Shown here: positions 33,821-35,907 of the stretch, piece after piece
Position numbering within the stretch: position 1 is the stretch's first letter
Layout: each line of letters opens with the position of its first letter
Source of the DNA: Planctomycetota bacterium
GTDB taxonomy: Bacteria; Planctomycetota; UBA1135
Assembly: GCA_045047305.1 (NCBI GenBank)
Contig: JASFYO010000031.1
Coordinates: forward strand, 1 to 35,907
Direction: 5' to 3'
Length of the DNA stretch: 35,907 nt
The notes under the pieces: generated by a model
The model's input: only the letters and a program-made list of their open reading frames with translations
Database searches by the model: none
Told to the model about the DNA's origin: nothing
Made by a program: the position numbers and the translations under genes

Positions 33821-35272
33821 TCAAACTGCACTCAGGCGAAAGCGGAAAACGGTGCCGACGTCGGGCTTGGAGCGGACTTGAATCGTCGCATGATGTAGTT
33901 TCAAAATCTGTTCCACGATGGCTAAACCCAGCCCAGTACTGCCTTTCTGCACGTCCCTATTCTTAGCCACGCGGTAGAAGCGCTCGAAAATCTTCGGCAG
34001 TTCCTCAGCAGGGATGCCCTCCCCATTGTCCACCACGCGGATTTCCAACTGATGTTCCATCTCCAAAACTCGTAGCGTCACCTTGCCACCTTCGGGAGTA
34101 TGGCGCAGAGCATTCGCAACCAGATTGCCAATCGCACGCTCCATCAGTGAGATATCTGCCTTCACCAGCGGCAAACCTTCTGCAACCGAGGCCACCAATT
34201 CCACGCCTTTCGTGTCGGCCTGTTGGCGAAAACGTTGCACCAGGTCATGCACCAACTCCCCTAGCGGGAATTGCTCCACCATCAACTTCACCACGCCAGA
34301 CTCCAAACGCGATAGCTCCAGCAAATCTTCCGTCATGCGCTGCACGCGATCTGCGTTGCGTCGCGCAATGGTCAAGATCTCATTACGTGAGTCATCATTC
34401 AACTCCGGCCACTTCTCACTCAGGTGCTCCAAGTAACCCTGTAAAGAAGTGAGCGGCGTGCGCAAATCATGCGAAATACTCGCCACCATCTCGCGACGTT
34501 TCCGATCCCCCTCGCGCACCTGCTCCATTTGCTCCTGGACATTCTGCGCGAGGAAGTTGAATCCATCGGCCAAGCGACTGACCTCGTCAGTGCCACGCGG
34601 TGTGCACCGCGCATCTAAATCCCCCTGCTCGAAAGCGGTCATAGTGGATTGGATGTCATCGAATCCACGAGTGAAGTAGGCCACAATCCCTAAAGAGCAA
34701 AGCAAGGCAAGCATGAATACCCCAATCAATATCCAGCGCGCGGGTCCAAGAATACTGGCGTCTAAGGGCTGCGCAGCATCAAGCAGTGCCTCATTGCGCA
34801 GTACGGCATAAACATAACCCATGGTGCGGCCCCCCTCTTTCACCGGCCAAACAGTAAAGGTACGCCTGATATCGGGTTGCTTGGGGTCCTGGCCGAAGAC
34901 GGCCTTCCCCGGTTGCGCCAAGAACTCATCAATAGGGGCCAACGACACACGATCAAGCAATACGGATTCCTTTGGAGCGTCGAACCCTAGGATGGCGCCT
35001 TTCTCATCAAGCAAGTACAGCTCTAAAGTCGGGTTCACCGCCATCAACTTCATAAAAACGCCTTGCAGCTCTTCCGGCATAGCCACGCCATCGTGGAATA
35101 ATTCTGCGTGCTCAACTACGGCGCGCGCGACATCGCGATTTAACTCTTGATAGGAGTATTCAAAGTGAGTGCGTACAAGATTCAAAGTCCATGGAATGAG
35201 GCACGCAGCCAATCCCACGAAGATAAAACTCAAACCAAAAACCAAGCGCGTGCGTAAACCGCCAAACTTCAT
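33821..35272 (-). CDS. HAMP-domain sensor histidine kinase
   Basis: Two TM helices around a periplasmic domain, HAMP (DEV..LA..FN), H-box SHDLRTPL, N-box NALRHT, G-boxes DNGEGI and GLGLAI; ATGA overlap with the regulator. Confidence 0.95.
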   Translation of the reverse strand: MKFGGLRTRLVFGLSFIFVGLAACLIPWTLNLVRTHFEYSYQELNRDVARAVVEHAELFHDGVAMPEELQGVFMKLMAVNPTLELYLLDEKGAILGFDAPKESVLLDRVSLAPIDEFLAQPGKAVFGQDPKQPDIRRTFTVWPVKEGGRTMGYVYAVLRNEALLDAAQPLDASILGPARWILIGVFMLALLCSLGIVAYFTRGFDDIQSTMTAFEQGDLDARCTPRGTDEVSRLADGFNFLAQNVQEQMEQVREGDRKRREMVASISHDLRTPLTSLQGYLEHLSEKWPELNDDSRNEILTIARRNADRVQRMTEDLLELSRLESGVVKLMVEQFPLGELVHDLVQRFRQQADTKGVELVASVAEGLPLVKADISLMERAIGNLVANALRHTPEGGKVTLRVLEMEHQLEIRVVDNGEGIPAEELPKIFERFYRVAKNRDVQKGSTGLGLAIVEQILKLHHATIQVRSKPDVGTVFRFRLSAV

Positions 35273-35907
35273 GTCTGCTTCTCCCATTGTTCGTTGAACT
35301 TATAACCCACGCCCCAAACAGTAAGTAAGTACTGCGGCTTGCTCACATCGTGTTCAATTTTGCCACGCAAGCGGTTGATGTGACTGTTCACTGTATGTTG
35401 ATAGCCCTCGTAGGCGTAGCCCCAAACCGATGAGAGCAGATTCTCACGTGAAAAAACGCGGCCCGGATTTTGTGCAAAGTGAAGTAAAAGATCAAATTCT
35501 TTAGCGGTGAGATTTAAGGCTTCTTCACCACGCAAGACTTCCCGTTTACTCGGGTGAATACGCAAGTCTCCGCGTTGCAGCCAATCCGCGTCGACCTCTT
35601 CTCCGTAGGCATGCGAGCGACGCAATGCGGCCCGCACCCGCGCCACCAGTTCACGTACCCCCATAGTTTTTGGCATGTAGTCATCAGCACCTACCTCCAG
35701 ACCGAGCACGCGGTCCAACTCCGTGTCGCGGGCGGTCAGCATCAGCAGCGGGGTGTGGTCCCCGGAGGCGCGGATCGAACGGCAAACCTCCAGCCCATCC
35801 ATCCCGGGGAGCATCAGGTCGAGCAAGATGAGGTCAAAACCGCCTTTTTGAGCCAATTTCAGCCCCGCAACGCCATCGTTCGCGGTGGTGACCACAAAAT
35901 TCTCCTC
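35269..35907 (-). CDS. OmpR/PhoB-family DNA-binding response regulator (5' end outside the window)
   Basis: LLDLMLPGMDG, MLTA, GADDY..K, LTAKEFDLL, HTVNSHINRLR and TVWGVGYKF motifs. Confidence 0.95.
   Translation of the reverse strand, partial: EENFVVTTANDGVAGLKLAQKGGFDLILLDLMLPGMDGLEVCRSIRASGDHTPLLMLTARDTELDRVLGLEVGADDYMPKTMGVRELVARVRAALRRSHAYGEEVDADWLQRGDLRIHPSKREVLRGEEALNLTAKEFDLLLHFAQNPGRVFSRENLLSSVWGYAYEGYQHTVNSHINRLRGKIEHDVSKPQYLLTVWGVGYKFNEQWEKQT

Overview
Bacterial genomic window, plausibly from a Planctomycetota-like organism (inferred from gene content, not proven). Left to right it holds: (1) the left end of an IS5-family element whose transposase runs off the window; (2) a surface-glycan cassette made of a 70-aa PEP-CTERM mini-protein, an exosortase, an EpsI-like protein and a priming sugar-phosphate transferase fused to a degenerate GGDEF domain; (3) futalosine-pathway genes mqnE-mqnA, a structured intergenic region, a Lon-N-domain protein, trmL and a secreted OB-fold/EEP nuclease; (4) proS flanked by large beta-sandwich repeat surface proteins; (5) a glycosylation locus with two GT-C-like membrane proteins, a membrane-anchored protein carrying a degenerate copy of the Ugd C-terminal domain, a Thr-type sulfatase-like lipoprotein and ugd; (6) a nine-gene heme operon hemA-C-D-B-L-E-N-H-Y; (7) an OmpR-family two-component system upstream of a spondin-domain gene with 11-bp phased repeats in its promoter. 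The most interesting signals are the tiny exosortase substrate with its own sortase, the putative c-di-GMP-binding priming transferase, the 20-bp-periodic CATCCC array, the orphan Ugd-like domain and the many apparently leaderless genes. All family assignments come from motif recognition by eye; no searches were run.
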